Shown: positions 10,804 to 22,657, numbered from the stretch's first letter. The stretch is DNA of 64,000 nt from Bacteroidota bacterium (GCA_023432805.1 JAEYUG010000033.1:2654-66653), one strand, 5' to 3'. The notes: generated by a model from the sequence alone, not told the origin. Numbers and translations are program-made.

Positions 10804-13061
10804 ACACGCATTCACGCTCACGCAGCGCTGTGAAACGCAGCGCTGTGAAACACAGCGCCGGGCAACGCAACACCGGGCAACGCAGCGCCGGGCAACACAG
10901 CACAGCGTACGATGCATTGGCACTCGTGCTCATTCTCTGGCATGCCGTCCTGCTCGTACTCTCCCTTGTCGGTGGTGAGACGCTGCGACTCTGGGGCATC
11001 GACGCAGCCGGCATGATCTGGACGCATCCCGTCTCCCTCGTGCTGACCGGCGCCGCACTCGCGTACGTCCTCACCCTGCGCACGCGTCCCATGCACCGCA
11101 TGCTCGCTCACCCCGCCACACCTGCGGTGCTGCTCGGTCTCGTCGTCACCGGACTGGCTGTCATCGCCCTGCTGCAGCTCGGTCGCGGCGGGGTGCCGCC
11201 CCTGCTCGGGGATGGCGCGCTCTACCGCAGCGAGGTCCTTCGTCTCGGTCTGATTCCCGACCACGTGCCGATCTTCCTCAAGCCATCAGCGATGCTCACG
11301 GGCCCGATCCTTCTAACGCTCGTGCAGCTGACCGGAACGGCACATCCAGCAGCACCCTTCCTGCTGCTCGGACTGATCGCGCTCGTGCTCGTCGTCGGGC
11401 GCATCCTTCTTCTCGCACGTCGCCACGGTGCCGCGGGCGTGCTGCCGTTCGTGGCAGCGCTTCTGCTCACGCCGGCCTGGCTGCTGCTCTGCGGAAGCAT
11501 CGAACTCTACGCACTCCCGCTCGCCGCGGTGATCTGGCTGCTTGCGGAATTGATAACCGCCGTGCAGCATGATACTGCACGCATGACACCGATCATCATC
11601 GCCACCATTGTCGCGCTTGCAACCTCGCTCTCCGCGATCGCGCTGCTTCCCCTCAGTACATGCGTGCTCGCGTACCTCTGGTGCGTGCGCAAGGGACACG
11701 ACTGCAGCCTGCGCGCAGCGGTGCTGATCGCCATCACCGCCTCAGCTGTCGTGGCCGTTGCGGTCGTGTTCCGCGACGTGCTCGGTCTCGGCGCCTACCT
11801 GCTCCCGCCCTCCGCTGCACGGTATGTGCACGACGGTGTCGACTACGGCATCGTCCAGTACTCCATCCTTCACCCGGCGCATCTGGCGGATGCGGGCAAC
11901 ATGCTGCTGCTGGTCGGCGGCGCGTGGCTTCCCCTCGCGGGGGCGGTGCTGCTCGTGCGCCGCTGGCGCGAGGCGCTGCCCGTGCAGGTGCTGGGTTTCA
12001 TGCTGGTCGCGGCCGCGTCCTCCCTCCTCACACTTCTGTGTGCGAACGCGGCGCTCGGCATGGAGCGGGACTGGGATCTGCTCGTCGTGCCCCTGCTCAT
12101 GCTGCCGGCCTCGGCCGCCGCGATGCTCGCATCGCTCGCGCGCAGGGACGCCGCCGCGGTGCTGCGCATCCTGCCGCTGCTCGTGCTGCTCGGTGGGGCA
12201 ACGACGCATGCGTGGATCGCGGTGCAGACCGACGTGCCCACCGCGACCGACAGGCTGCTGCGCGCGATCGACCGCGACGCGCCGCTGCTGCGTGCCGATT
12301 TCACCTATTACGGCTACGAGAATCTGCGCAAGCAATTCCGCAGCGACGGCGACGACGCGGGCGTGCACGCGATGTACATGCGCATGCTCGCCACCGGGTA
12401 TCGCGCGAGCGACACGTATGAAAAGCTGCTCGCGCTGCAGTACAACACACGCAATGTGCCCGCGGCATGGATCGACGAGGTGGGCTCCTCGCTGCGCACA
12501 CGCATCGCGCGGCCGTCCCGTCGTGGCACGCACGGATTTCTCGATCGCAGGGAGCTCGGAGAACTCGCGGCACAACTGGTGGCGCAGACGGCGCGCCTCG
12601 GGGATGTGACGCGTGCGGCCATGTGGGCGGATCGGTTCGCCGAGGACTTCGCAGAGGGATGGAAGGAGGAGGCATTCGCGCGCGTGTGGCTTTCGCAGGG
12701 TGCGACCCCGCAGCAGACGGCGGAAGCCGTCTTCGCAAGCATCGACTCGACGGCACGCAGCAGCAACACGCTCTTCATGGCGGCGGTGATGTTGAAGGAC
12801 GCAGGCGCGTACGACACCGCGGCGGCATATCTCGCATGGGCGATCAAGCGGAATCCCGTCGAACACCCGATCTACTATCTGCACCGGGCGCGGCTGCTGC
12901 TGCATGTGGGACGCGTGGACGAGGGACATGCCGTCCTGCTCGCCTGTCTTTCACGGTGTCACGATCCCGCGCGTGCCGAGGAAGCGCGCGCACTGCTCGC
13001 ACAATCGGGGTATATTGGTCGTTCCCCCAAACCATTTTCGAAAGGTCGCACGTCGTGCTGA
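10797..13061 (+). CDS. Large polytopic membrane protein with C-terminal soluble TPR-like domain (GT-C / DUF2723-like glycosyltransferase candidate)
   Basis: 754 aa; >10 predicted TM segments then helical repeat region (LAWAIKRNPVEHPIYYLHRARLLLHVGRVDEGHAVL); start overlaps the GT2 stop (ATGGTAG). Confidence 0.65.
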   Translation: MVDTHSRSRSAVKRSAVKHSAGQRNTGQRSAGQHSTAYDALALVLILWHAVLLVLSLVGGETLRLWGIDAAGMIWTHPVSLVLTGAALAYVLTLRTRPMHRMLAHPATPAVLLGLVVTGLAVIALLQLGRGGVPPLLGDGALYRSEVLRLGLIPDHVPIFLKPSAMLTGPILLTLVQLTGTAHPAAPFLLLGLIALVLVVGRILLLARRHGAAGVLPFVAALLLTPAWLLLCGSIELYALPLAAVIWLLAELITAVQHDTARMTPIIIATIVALATSLSAIALLPLSTCVLAYLWCVRKGHDCSLRAAVLIAITASAVVAVAVVFRDVLGLGAYLLPPSAARYVHDGVDYGIVQYSILHPAHLADAGNMLLLVGGAWLPLAGAVLLVRRWREALPVQVLGFMLVAAASSLLTLLCANAALGMERDWDLLVVPLLMLPASAAAMLASLARRDAAAVLRILPLLVLLGGATTHAWIAVQTDVPTATDRLLRAIDRDAPLLRADFTYYGYENLRKQFRSDGDDAGVHAMYMRMLATGYRASDTYEKLLALQYNTRNVPAAWIDEVGSSLRTRIARPSRRGTHGFLDRRELGELAAQLVAQTARLGDVTRAAMWADRFAEDFAEGWKEEAFARVWLSQGATPQQTAEAVFASIDSTARSSNTLFMAAVMLKDAGAYDTAAAYLAWAIKRNPVEHPIYYLHRARLLLHVGRVDEGHAVLLACLSRCHDPARAEEARALLAQSGYIGRSPKPFSKGRTSC
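10821..10895 (+). repeat. In-frame 15-bp imperfect tandem repeat x5 (cgcagcgctgtgaaa / cacagcgccgggcaa) encoding RSAVK/RSAGQ/RNTGQ pentapeptides at the 5' end of the membrane-protein gene
   Basis: Seen directly in sequence. Confidence 0.8.
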
Positions 13062-13903
13062 CGGTATCGGATTCTGATTCCCTGCGTTCGAGCCTCCCTG
13101 CGGGTGCGGCGCATCCCGACCGGGTGCGCTGGCAGCGCGCGGTGGATACAGCGACAGAGCGCGGGATGCTCGTGGCCGATCTGCTCGGGTCTGTCCTGTC
13201 GCTCGCTGGGACGCGGGTCCTGGACTGCGGATGCGGGGCAGGTGGCACCTCGGCTGCACTGCGGATGCATGGTGCGCACGTCGTCGCCTTCGACGTGCAT
13301 GCGGCGCGGCTCGCAATGACGCGCGCGCGCGACAGCGCGCTCGTGCTCTGCGGAGGTGATGCGGCGGCGCTTCCCTTCGCACGCGGCGTGTTCGACGCGG
13401 TCGTGCTGCAGGATGTGCTCGAGCATGTCGAGGATCCCGCCCACGTATTGGCCGAATGTGCACGTGTCGTGCGAGATGGCGGCGTCGTGTACCTGTCCAC
13501 GCCCAACCGGTGGTCTCCGGCGACGGTGGCTTCCGACCCGCACTTCGCGTTGCCGCTCGTGGGTGTGCTGCCACGCGCGGGACTCCGCCGGGTGCTCCGC
13601 CGGCTGCGTCCCACCGAAGCCGCGCGGCGCGATCTTCCGCAACTCCTTTCCTTTTCCTCGCTCGAGAGGCTGGCCCGGGAGGCCGGCTTCGCGCTGGCCT
13701 TGTGCAATCGCGCAGTGGCGCACATGCTGCAGGTGCATCCCGCGCGGGTGGTGTGGAGCGCAGCGCATCTGGCGCTCGTCGGCGTGCTGCATCGGCTGGG
13801 CGCGATGCGGCTGGTGGAGCTGGCGGCAAGCGATGGACGCGGCATGCGTACACGCTGGCTGGCGCCGGCCTGGTACTGCCTGCTGCATCGGGAGACGCGA
13901 TGA
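13055..13903 (+). CDS. Class I SAM-dependent methyltransferase
   Basis: VLDCGCGAGG motif I, FDAVVLQDVLEHV; GTG start at 13055 overlaps the previous stop (GTGCTGA); ATG at MLVADLLG is the alternative. Confidence 0.75.
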   Translation: MLTVSDSDSLRSSLPAGAAHPDRVRWQRAVDTATERGMLVADLLGSVLSLAGTRVLDCGCGAGGTSAALRMHGAHVVAFDVHAARLAMTRARDSALVLCGGDAAALPFARGVFDAVVLQDVLEHVEDPAHVLAECARVVRDGGVVYLSTPNRWSPATVASDPHFALPLVGVLPRAGLRRVLRRLRPTEAARRDLPQLLSFSSLERLAREAGFALALCNRAVAHMLQVHPARVVWSAAHLALVGVLHRLGAMRLVELAASDGRGMRTRWLAPAWYCLLHRETR

Positions 13904-14916
13904 TGCGCGCGCGCACGCTCTGGAATCTCGCGCGCACGGCAACGCTGCGGCGTGCGGTGAACGTCGTGCGGATCACGGCGGCGCAGCTGGTGTCGGCGAC
14001 GCTGCATCGTCCCGTGGTGTGGGGAATGCCGTGGACGCTGACAATCGAGCCCACGAACCGCTGCAATCTCGCGTGTCCCGAATGTCCCAGCGGAAACGGT
14101 TCGCTCGTGCGTCCCCTGGGTTCGATGACTCTCGAGCGCTTTCGGCGTCTCGTCGACGAGGTCTCCCCGCACGTCTTCTATCTCCAGCTGTACTTCCAGG
14201 GAGAGCCGTTCATCAACAAGTCCCTCGCGGAAATGGTCGCCCACGCGCATCGCCGCCGGATGTACACTGCGATCAGCACGAACGCGCATTTTCTGCGTGC
14301 CGAGACCGCGCGCGCACTGCTGGATGCGGGACTCGACCGCCTGATCGTGTCGGTCGACGGCACGAGCGAGGAATCCTATCAGACCTATCGCGTTGGCGGC
14401 ACTTTTGCTGCCGTGCTGCGCGGACTCGATGCCCTTGCGGCCGAACGGCGTGTGCATGCACGGGGGAAGCGTCTGGAGCTTGTCGTGCAGTTTCTCGTCA
14501 CCAGGCAGAACGAGCACGAGATCGACTCCGTGCGGAAGCTGGCCGCGGCCTATGATGCGTCGCTCGCACTGAAGACAATGCAGGTGTATTCGGTGGAAAG
14601 TGCCGAGGCGTTTCTACCTCGGGATGAGAGGTATCGACGGTACCTGGTGCGCGACGGGGAGCTGGTGATGAAAGGACGTATGGCAAACCGCTGTGCGCGG
14701 TTGTGGGATCGAAGTGTCATTACGTGGGACGGCGTGGTCGTGCCCTGCTGTTTCGACAAGAATGCCGAGCATGCGGTGGGATCGCTGGATGATGGCGCAT
14801 TCGAGGAGGTGTGGACGGGCGAAGCGTTGCAGGGGTTTCGTGCGCGCGTGCTGAGCGACCGCCGCGGCGTGCCCATGTGCACCAACTGCACCGAGGGATT
14901 GCGGGTGTACCGATAG
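13900..14916 (+). CDS. Radical SAM enzyme with C-terminal SPASM-type cysteine cluster
   Basis: CNLACPEC (CxxxCxxC) near N-terminus; C-terminal CxxxxxC...CC...CxxC cysteines (VVPCCFDK ... CTNCTEG); ATGA overlap with the methyltransferase. Confidence 0.85.
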   Translation: MMRARTLWNLARTATLRRAVNVVRITAAQLVSATLHRPVVWGMPWTLTIEPTNRCNLACPECPSGNGSLVRPLGSMTLERFRRLVDEVSPHVFYLQLYFQGEPFINKSLAEMVAHAHRRRMYTAISTNAHFLRAETARALLDAGLDRLIVSVDGTSEESYQTYRVGGTFAAVLRGLDALAAERRVHARGKRLELVVQFLVTRQNEHEIDSVRKLAAAYDASLALKTMQVYSVESAEAFLPRDERYRRYLVRDGELVMKGRMANRCARLWDRSVITWDGVVVPCCFDKNAEHAVGSLDDGAFEEVWTGEALQGFRARVLSDRRGVPMCTNCTEGLRVYR

Positions 14917-14922
14917 ATCACC

Positions 14923-14954
14923 GGGAGGACGGACGCCCTCGTCCGTCATTGACG
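14923..14954. repeat. GC-rich palindromic intergenic element (REP-like), copy A: GGGAGGACGGACGCCCTCGTCCGTCATTGACG
   Basis: 8-9 bp stem GGACGGACG/CGTCCGTCC; same core recurs at 5 other loci in this window. Confidence 0.8.
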
Positions 14955-15033
14955 CATGTTCAGTGGATGCAGGGTGGACGGGTGCTCCACGACCGCTCCA
15001 CCCCCATTGATGATTTTTTCGTAGGTTGAGGGC

Positions 15034-15807
15034 ATGTACACATTCGGCATCGACAAGCTGGGCCGCAAGACGCTGCTCTTCCTGCAGGAAGTCGGGCAGG
15101 TGAGTATCATGGTCGCCGGGATGGTGCGCAGTTCGCACCGACTGTTTCGTGACCGCCGGCTGCTTCTCGAGCAGATGCACCACATCGGCGTGGGCTCGCT
15201 GCCTCTCGTGCTGATCATCGGACTGTTCACGGGCATGGTCAGTGCCTGGCAGGCCGCATATCAGTTCAAGGGCATGATCTCGTTCTCGCTGATCGGAGGC
15301 GCTGTAAGCCGCGCGATCTTCATCGAGCTGGGTCCCGTGCTCACCGCCATCGTCATCGCCGGACGCGTGGGCGCCTCGATTGCGGCTGAACTCGGCACCA
15401 TGAAAGTGACCGAACAGATCGACGCGCTCGAAAGCATGGCCATCGATCCCGTGCGGTACCTGGCGCTTCCGCGCGTACTCGGCGCAGTGCTGATGATGCC
15501 GGTCCTGGTGGTGTTCGCCAACTCGATTGCGCTGGGAGGAGCATATCTGGTTTCCAATCTCTTCCTCGACCTGACTCCCCAGGTCTTCTTCGGCAGCGTG
15601 AAGCGGTTCTTCCAGACGAAGGACATCATGGCAGGCATTCTCAAGTCGCTGTTCTTCGGTGGCGTGACCTCGCTGCTGGGCTGCCACATCGGCTTCCGCA
15701 CTTCGGGGGGCGCCGAAGGAGTCGGCAATGCGACGATTCGTGCGTTCGTGCTCTCGGCTGCGTTCATCCTCATCCTCGACTATACCCTCTGGCTGGTGAT
15801 TTTCTGA
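15034..15807 (+). CDS. mlaE: MlaE-family ABC transporter permease (phospholipid/lipid-asymmetry type)
   Basis: 257-aa protein MYTFGIDKLGRKTLLFLQEVGQVSIMVAGM... with the MlaE/YrbE fold signature; no adjacent MlaF/MlaD. Confidence 0.85.
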   Translation: MYTFGIDKLGRKTLLFLQEVGQVSIMVAGMVRSSHRLFRDRRLLLEQMHHIGVGSLPLVLIIGLFTGMVSAWQAAYQFKGMISFSLIGGAVSRAIFIELGPVLTAIVIAGRVGASIAAELGTMKVTEQIDALESMAIDPVRYLALPRVLGAVLMMPVLVVFANSIALGGAYLVSNLFLDLTPQVFFGSVKRFFQTKDIMAGILKSLFFGGVTSLLGCHIGFRTSGGAEGVGNATIRAFVLSAAFILILDYTLWLVIF

Positions 15808-15822
15808 GCAGCGGTGGCATGT

Positions 15823-15852
15823 GGGGAGACGGACGGGGGCGTCCGTCCTCCC
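15823..15852. repeat. REP-like element copy B, inverted orientation (GGGGAGACGGACGGGGGCGTCCGTCCTCCC), followed by TTGTACGGGGGGG
   Basis: Reverse complement of the core with 2 mismatches. Confidence 0.7.
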
Positions 15853-15978
15853 ATGGGATCTACCTTGTACGGGGGGGTATGGGGTGGTATTTTGACTCCA
15901 ACTGAACATCCGAACGAATCGTTGATCAGCGGTGTTCTGTAAGACAACGCCGTCAACGATTGAACGAAGATAGAATCC

Positions 15979-18603
<2,625 letters not shown>

Positions 18604-18606
18604 GCA

Positions 18607-18635
18607 GGAGGACGGACGCCCTCGTCCGTCCGTCC
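18607..18635. repeat. REP-like element copy C immediately after the clpC stop
   Basis: GGAGGACGGACGCCCTCGTCCGTCCGTCC. Confidence 0.75.
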
Positions 18636-18689
18636 ATCGATACATCATCAGCATGTGAGGATAGACGAAAGTACTCCACCGAACGATCA

Positions 18690-18720
18690 CGGGGCGGCCA
18701 CTGGCCGCCCCGCTCTGTTT
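18690..18720 (+). terminator. Intrinsic terminator after clpC (CGGGGCGGCC-actg-GGCCGCCCCG followed by CTCTGTTT)
   Basis: Perfect GC stem plus T-tract. Confidence 0.6.
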
Positions 18721-18730
18721 CACGCATCGC

Positions 18731-19279
18731 TCATCGAAGAATGATCACCATCCGTTGTACGACAGATGCTCCCGAGCGGATCCGGAGCACGTATGATCCT
18801 GGCGAAAGCTCGGGAGCATGCAGTCGGATATGCGAGGGACCTGCAGGAAGCAGCTCGTCTGCGACCGTCAGGATGGTCGTGCCCAGCAGCGTGTGCAAAG
18901 TCACCTGTGTATGGGCTGCTCGTGGATTCATGATCTCGATGGTCGTGCTCCCGCGGGAGGGATTCGGGTACACGCTTCCGATGATGATCGATGCCGGCAC
19001 CGTCACAGCTTCCGCGGAGATGACAGTCGAAGCCGTGTCGCACAACACGCATCCATAGCCGGAATGGAGTATGGTGCCTGCTGAAGCCGCAGAATCCACC
19101 GCACCCTGTCCGGGCACGGATCGGGCAGTCCATGATGCACTTGTACTCACGCCCGCGCCGCTTGCAATCAGATCCGCAATGATGCGGAAGGACGCAGACT
19201 GTTGCGCATGCAATGGGACTGCCGACACGAACAGCATGCAGAGGCATGCAAGCGCAGCCCCCCGTCGTCGGGGTGTCAT
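18731..19279 (-). CDS. Small secreted protein consisting essentially of a signal peptide and a T9SS type-A C-terminal sorting domain
   Basis: Signal peptide [26 protein letters not shown]; C-terminus SVYPNPSRGSTTIEI...GSYVLRIRSGASVVQRMVIIL is a T9SS CTD; 4-nt overlap with the collagen-like gene. Confidence 0.55.
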   Translation of the reverse strand: MTPRRRGAALACLCMLFVSAVPLHAQQSASFRIIADLIASGAGVSTSASWTARSVPGQGAVDSAASAGTILHSGYGCVLCDTASTVISAEAVTVPASIIIGSVYPNPSRGSTTIEIMNPRAAHTQVTLHTLLGTTILTVADELLPAGPSHIRLHAPELSPGSYVLRIRSGASVVQRMVIILR

Positions 19280-21159
19280 CGCGCACCTCGCCATGGTTGC
19301 CGGCTGCCGGACTGCCAGTGCGGGGTCTGCGCGGCAGGGAGCTTCCCCCGGGTGGGGGCGGCCGTGTGGTGTGGACGCGGTACGCGGGCGTCGGGATCCG
19401 CTGCGGAGCCTCGGTCTGAGGCGACGTTGTGTTCCTCCAATCTCACATCTTCATAGCCCCTTCGCTTCGCACTGATCTGGTAGTCGAAGGGGATGGTCGC
19501 GTGACCTCCGCCGAGCTCACGCACGACAAAATGGTCGGGGGCCTTGTGGGCGATGTAGAGTCCTGCACAGTCGCCCCCCGGGGTCAGGATGATCTGTGGG
19601 AGATGCTCGGCATCGATGGTGACGGTTTCGCGGAAGATGGGATCGATCGGTACGATTGCCTCGCCGTCGCGCAGCGTGGCCGTGCCGAAATCGGTATAGC
19701 GCACGTCGGCTGCCTCGACTGCGTACATGCGGCGTGTGCCGTAGGACGTGGTCTTGACGATGTTGTTCTTCGTGCCGGTGAAGAAGAAGTCGCCCATGGG
19801 ATTCAGATGACCGACGAAGCCTCCGGTCGGGGATTTGATGGTGAGTCCCTCGAGCGGTGAGATTTCGAGGATGTTTCCATTTTCGAGGGGGATGCGGATG
19901 CCGGCCCAGTAGGTTTCAAGGCCGGAATGCTCGGAGGTGCCGTCTTCGTGGAAATCGACGAGTTTATTGCCTGCGGCATCGACAATGTGCAGGCTGCGGA
20001 AGTAGCCTTCGCCTGTCATATCGATAGCAGCGACCTTGTTGCCGAGCGTGTCGTAGACGGACACGCCGTCGGAGCCGAGCACGATGCCACCATCGTTGTT
20101 CGGGTTGTACACACCGATCGAAGAACCCCGCAGCCAGCCACCGTGGAGCCAGGTCGTGTCGCGGTAGCCGGTTGCGGGATCGTGATAGGTGTACTGCTCG
20201 AGCAGGCTGTGGCGAGACCCGGTCGTATCGAAACCGATGAGCTCGACGCGTCCTGCAGGATCGGTCAGATCGCCCTTGACGATGTGCAGGCTGCGGAAGT
20301 ATCCCTCTCCCGTCGAATCGATGAACCCGTTGACGGCGAGTCCGTCGGTGATGAGGATCTGGCGTGTAGCCACGCCGTCCTTCGTCAGCACGGTACTCCT
20401 GGACGTTGGCAGGTCGCCACCGACGCTGATGCCGTCGTGGTAGTGCTCCCATCCGATGTGTTCGGAAGAGCCTGTGACGATGAGGGTGTCGACGACGAGG
20501 CGGGAGAGTGTATCGAGCACGATCAGTGTGTCGACCGTGAGTCTGGTGATCGTGTCGGGAACGCCGGCAGGTCCGGCGGGTCCGGCAGGTCCGGCAGGAC
20601 CAGCGGGACCAGCGGGACCAGCGGGACCGGCAGGACCAGCGGGACCAGCGGGACCGGCAGGACCAGCGAGACCGGCAGGACCGGCAGGGCCGGCAGGTCC
20701 CGGAGGCAGGGGGTGTTTGAGCGAATCCGCATACAGCGCGACCATGGCGAGCGGCACGGGCTGCAGCGGGATCGGCGGTTCGAGCACTTCGCCGTTGACG
20801 GTCAGACGCAATGCAGCACGCGTTTGAAAGATCAGTGGATTGAGTGGATTGTTGAGTGTGTCGACGCTTCCGATGGCGTGTTCGAAGAGCCCGTTCGAGA
20901 CCATGAGGTTCGAGACGGTTTCCTCGAACAATATCGGGTTTCCGGGACGCGTCAGATCCACGATGGTGAACCGAACGCTCAACGCGCCATTGTAGCGCGA
21001 ACCATCGGGTTTCGTCAGGCAGCCCTGATAGTGGAAGACGCGCTGAACGGTTGGAGACGGGCGGTCGGCGCTGCGGTCAGGTAGGGACGTCTGCGCGTGA
21101 AGCACGCACGACAACAGCAGGCAGCATGCGGCGCTGCCAATGTATTTCGCAAGGTGCAT
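19276..21159 (-). CDS. Collagen-like triple-helix repeat protein with signal peptide ([10 protein letters not shown]...), C-terminal region of unknown fold
   Basis: [23 protein letters not shown] signal; about 16 uninterrupted Gly-Pro-Ala triplets; the C-terminal ~60 aa are Arg/Pro-rich and look like an out-of-frame tail. Confidence 0.7.
   Translation of the reverse strand: MHLAKYIGSAACCLLLSCVLHAQTSLPDRSADRPSPTVQRVFHYQGCLTKPDGSRYNGALSVRFTIVDLTRPGNPILFEETVSNLMVSNGLFEHAIGSVDTLNNPLNPLIFQTRAALRLTVNGEVLEPPIPLQPVPLAMVALYADSLKHPLPPGPAGPAGPAGLAGPAGPAGPAGPAGPAGPAGPAGPAGPAGPAGPAGVPDTITRLTVDTLIVLDTLSRLVVDTLIVTGSSEHIGWEHYHDGISVGGDLPTSRSTVLTKDGVATRQILITDGLAVNGFIDSTGEGYFRSLHIVKGDLTDPAGRVELIGFDTTGSRHSLLEQYTYHDPATGYRDTTWLHGGWLRGSSIGVYNPNNDGGIVLGSDGVSVYDTLGNKVAAIDMTGEGYFRSLHIVDAAGNKLVDFHEDGTSEHSGLETYWAGIRIPLENGNILEISPLEGLTIKSPTGGFVGHLNPMGDFFFTGTKNNIVKTTSYGTRRMYAVEAADVRYTDFGTATLRDGEAIVPIDPIFRETVTIDAEHLPQIILTPGGDCAGLYIAHKAPDHFVVRELGGGHATIPFDYQISAKRRGYEDVRLEEHNVASDRGSAADPDARVPRPHHTAAPTRGKLPAAQTPHWQSGSRQPWRGAR
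20564..20706. repeat. 9-bp tandem repeat array (ccggcaggt / ccagcggga variants) encoding (GPA)n
   Basis: Seen directly. Confidence 0.9.
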
Positions 21160-21350
21160 GATGACACTCCTTCAGCTGATGAGCGGATCGGCCACATGGT
21201 GGCCGTGAGGAAGCGAGGTCAGGGATGCAGGGTATGTGGGATGGAGATGGAAAATATAGAGGCGGGATATCCGAATAGCAAGGAAAAATGCTCACGGCAC
21301 CCCGTGTGGAACTCCCAGTGCACGGACGTACGACGGTTCGCCGGACAGCG

Positions 21351-21734
21351 TCAGTTTCCGCGGGCGACCAGATGGAAGCGGGGGATGGCGGCCTCGAAGG
21401 TGCTGCCGTCTTCGCGGCGCATGGTATAGGTTCCTTCCATCGAGCCTTCGAAGGATTTCAGCACGCAGAAGCTGTTGTAGGTGTGGCTCTCCCCCGGAGT
21501 GATGGTCGGCTGGCGACCGACCACGCCATCGCCCTCGACCTCATAGTCGGCGGCGGCGGAATCGTGGATGTACCAGTGGCGTCGAAGAAGTTGCACGGGC
21601 CCGGTTCCCTCGTTGGTGATTGACACGAAGTACACGAAGAAGAACTGGCCGCGCAGAATGTCGGACCGCTCCTCCAGGAAGAAGGGCTGCACCGTGACTG
21701 TCACGCCTTCGGTTGTTTCCGTGTATGCGACCAT
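21351..21734 (-). CDS. apaG: ApaG (DUF525) protein
   Basis: MVAYTETTEGVTVTVQPFFLEERSDILRGQFFFVYFVSITNEG ApaG signature. Confidence 0.85.
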   Translation of the reverse strand: MVAYTETTEGVTVTVQPFFLEERSDILRGQFFFVYFVSITNEGTGPVQLLRRHWYIHDSAAADYEVEGDGVVGRQPTITPGESHTYNSFCVLKSFEGSMEGTYTMRREDGSTFEAAIPRFHLVARGN

Positions 21735-21795
21735 GACTCAGTTCTCCGTCGATCGGGCGTCACATGACGCTCCTATCAGGTAAACGCACAAACAC

Positions 21796-22557
21796 TCAAT
21801 AACGATCCAGGCGAAAGGACTCGCCCAGATAGATTTTTCTCGCCTCGGCATCTCCGGCAAGTGCCTCGCTCGTACCTTCGAGCAGGATGGTCCCGTCGAA
21901 GAGCAGATAAGCGCGGTCGACGATCGAGAGCGTTTCGTGCACGTTGTGGTCGGTGATGAGCACACCGATGTTGCGCTGCTTGAGTGTGCGCACGATGTTC
22001 ATGATGTCTTCGACGGCGATGGGGTCCACCCCCGCGAAGGGTTCGTCAAGAAGGATGAAGCTGGGATTCACCGCAAGGGCGCGGGCGATCTCGCAGCGGC
22101 GCCGCTCTCCCCCGCTGAGCATGTAGCCCTTGCTCGCACGGATGTGGGTGATGTTGAAATCCTCCATGAGTTCTTCTGCTCGACGTTTTCTGTCTGCGCG
22201 CGCGAGTCCCATGATCTCGAGCACGGCGATGAGGTTCTGTTCGACGGTGAGCTGACGGAAGACCGAGGCCTCCTGCGGGAGGTAGCCGATGCCACGGCGG
22301 GCGCGCTTGTACATCGGCAGTGACGTGATGCGCTGCTCGTCGAGGTAGACATCCCCGGCGCTGGGACGAATCATGCCGGTGATCATGTAGAAGGTGGTGG
22401 TCTTGCCGGCGCCGTTGGGTCCGAGCAGTCCGACGATCTCGCCCTGCTGCACCGACACGCTTGCGCCCTTGACGACGTCGCGCTTGCCGTATCGGCGCCG
22501 TAGGTTCTCAGAGCGGAGGGTGCGGGGTGTGGGGGAATCCATCCTTGAATTTACCAC
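21796..22557 (-). CDS. lptB: LPS export ABC transporter ATP-binding protein LptB
   Basis: LRSENLRRRYGKRDVVKGASVSVQQGEIVGLLGPNGAGKTTTFYMITGMIRP...LSGGERRRCEIARAL. Confidence 0.9.
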   Translation of the reverse strand: MVNSRMDSPTPRTLRSENLRRRYGKRDVVKGASVSVQQGEIVGLLGPNGAGKTTTFYMITGMIRPSAGDVYLDEQRITSLPMYKRARRGIGYLPQEASVFRQLTVEQNLIAVLEIMGLARADRKRRAEELMEDFNITHIRASKGYMLSGGERRRCEIARALAVNPSFILLDEPFAGVDPIAVEDIMNIVRTLKQRNIGVLITDHNVHETLSIVDRAYLLFDGTILLEGTSEALAGDAEARKIYLGESFRLDRY

Positions 22558-22579
22558 CAGGTTGCGTCATCACAAAGAT

Positions 22580-22631
22580 GGGAGGACAGACGCCCTCGTG
22601 GGAGGACGGACGCCCTCGTCCGTCATTGACG
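22580..22631. repeat. REP-like elements, copy D (one degenerate plus one full copy in tandem) between tatD and lptB
   Basis: GGGAGGACAGACGCCCTCGT GGGAGGACGGACGCCCTCGTCCGTCATTGACG; the 3' flank TTGACGAATGTACAGGGG resembles copy A's TTGACGCATGTTCAGTGG. Confidence 0.8.
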
Positions 22632-22657
22632 AATGTACAGGGGTGTCTGCATCGAGC

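Noticed and set aside
15853-15978. tRNA or other structured RNA in intergenic regions (15853..15978, 21160..21350, 54180..54379)
   Set aside because: No cloverleaf-compatible segments or conserved tRNA boxes were recognisable by eye. The regions look like promoters and leaders.
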